Shown in pieces: positions 63,332 to 64,000 of a DNA stretch of 64,000 bases. Numbering within the stretch: the stretch's first letter is position 1; every line of letters begins with the position of its first letter. Below the pieces are notes generated by a model. That model was not told the origin of the DNA, did not search any database, and saw only the letters and a program-made list of their open reading frames with translations. The DNA comes from Octopus bimaculoides. Lineage: Eukaryota. The stretch is taken from assembly GCF_001194135.2 (NCBI RefSeq), contig NC_068983.1:57450099-57514098 (forward strand). Direction: 5' to 3'. The translations under genes were made by a program, and so were the position numbers.

Positions 63332-63852
63332 ATGCCTATCCACCATTGAAAACATTTATTTCAAGGGAAACACATTCACTAATTTTTGGAAATAGAAATA
63401 ATATATTTCTAAATCTCTAAGAGAGGGCTATCCTCGGGCTAAATAACAGTAGTATTCTTCCCTTTCATGGGACTGTCACATTAAGCCAACAACACACTTT
63501 CACTTTATTATGCTGCTACTGCATGAATCTCTCTCAGAGATTTAGAAATATATTTCTATTTTCGAAAATCCGTGAATGTATTTCACTCAAAATATATATG
63601 TTTTCAAAGGCAGACAGGCATTGACAGCTAGCAAGCCATGCTACTCCAGACTGATGAGGAGCAAGAACTCTGAAACTAGTCTCTGGATGTTGGCTTTGCT
63701 GGGTGGAGGTGCTTATCTCCACTTTGAAAACATAAGAACACAGGAAATGTGTTAAGTCCAACAGGAAACAGTGTTTCCTAGGGCTAAATAACAGTAGCAT
63801 TCTTCCCTTTTATGGGACTGTTACATTAAGTTGACAACATACTATCACTTTA
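63332..63852 (+). mobile_element. Penelope-like remnant with partial-tandem direct repeat plus 5' inversion
   Basis: Direct repeats 63432-63507 / 63777-63852; inverted arms 63332-63425 / 63529-63621; hammerhead at 63645; ETVFP-(frameshift)-GLN at ~63766-63790. Confidence 0.72.
63645..63687 (+). ncRNA. Type I hammerhead ribozyme motif (minimal, Penelope-type)
   Basis: TCCAGA-CTGATGA-GGAG-CAAGAA-CTCT-GAAA-C-TA-GTC-TCTGGA; perfect 6-bp helix I, GUC triplet, palindromic ACTAGT. Confidence 0.82.
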
Positions 63853-64000
63853 CCATTTTCAAGTAGTCAATGATAATGTGCAATTTGAGAGTGGAGAAAT
63901 AGTCCTTAATGCAAAAACAAGAGAGAGACCTGTGTCAAGGAGATCATTAAAAGTTCATGTTACTTCTTGAGACTTGGGAATTATAATGCATATTTGTCGA

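Noticed and set aside
63534-63800. 88-aa minus-strand ORF over the last Penelope-like module
   Set aside because: Antisense to the ribozyme and GLN remnant, with no recognisable domain; likely incidental

Overview
AT-rich eukaryotic (animal) DNA from a gapped draft assembly. The repeat families resemble those I associate with octopod cephalopod genomes; this is an inference, not a database result. No host protein-coding gene is recognisable, and almost every ORF in the supplied track is a microsatellite, N-gap or repeat read-through artefact. The window is dominated by (i) dozens of copies of at least six short interspersed families (labelled A, B, C, D, F, G here), (ii) decayed RTE-clade LINE and mariner remnants, a TTAA/CCCT piggyBac-type MITE and a possible Helitron-like element, and (iii) very abundant micro- and minisatellites. 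The most interesting signal is a set of type I hammerhead ribozyme motifs. Two (1516-1572 with a complete core, 63645-63687 with a complete core and one G-U wobble) lie inside Penelope-like inverted/direct-repeat structures. A third (5751-5796, plus a dead paralog at ~2116-2157) forms part of the 3' region of an element that appears to carry a tRNA-type B box, i.e. a candidate ribozyme-bearing SINE. A decayed Penelope-like GIY-YIG endonuclease region with an unusual ~140-codon Thr/Ser/Pro-rich insert is also present, along with a 216-bp palindrome, a mariner built from two left ends, a MITE triplet and a candidate 9-nt microexon.
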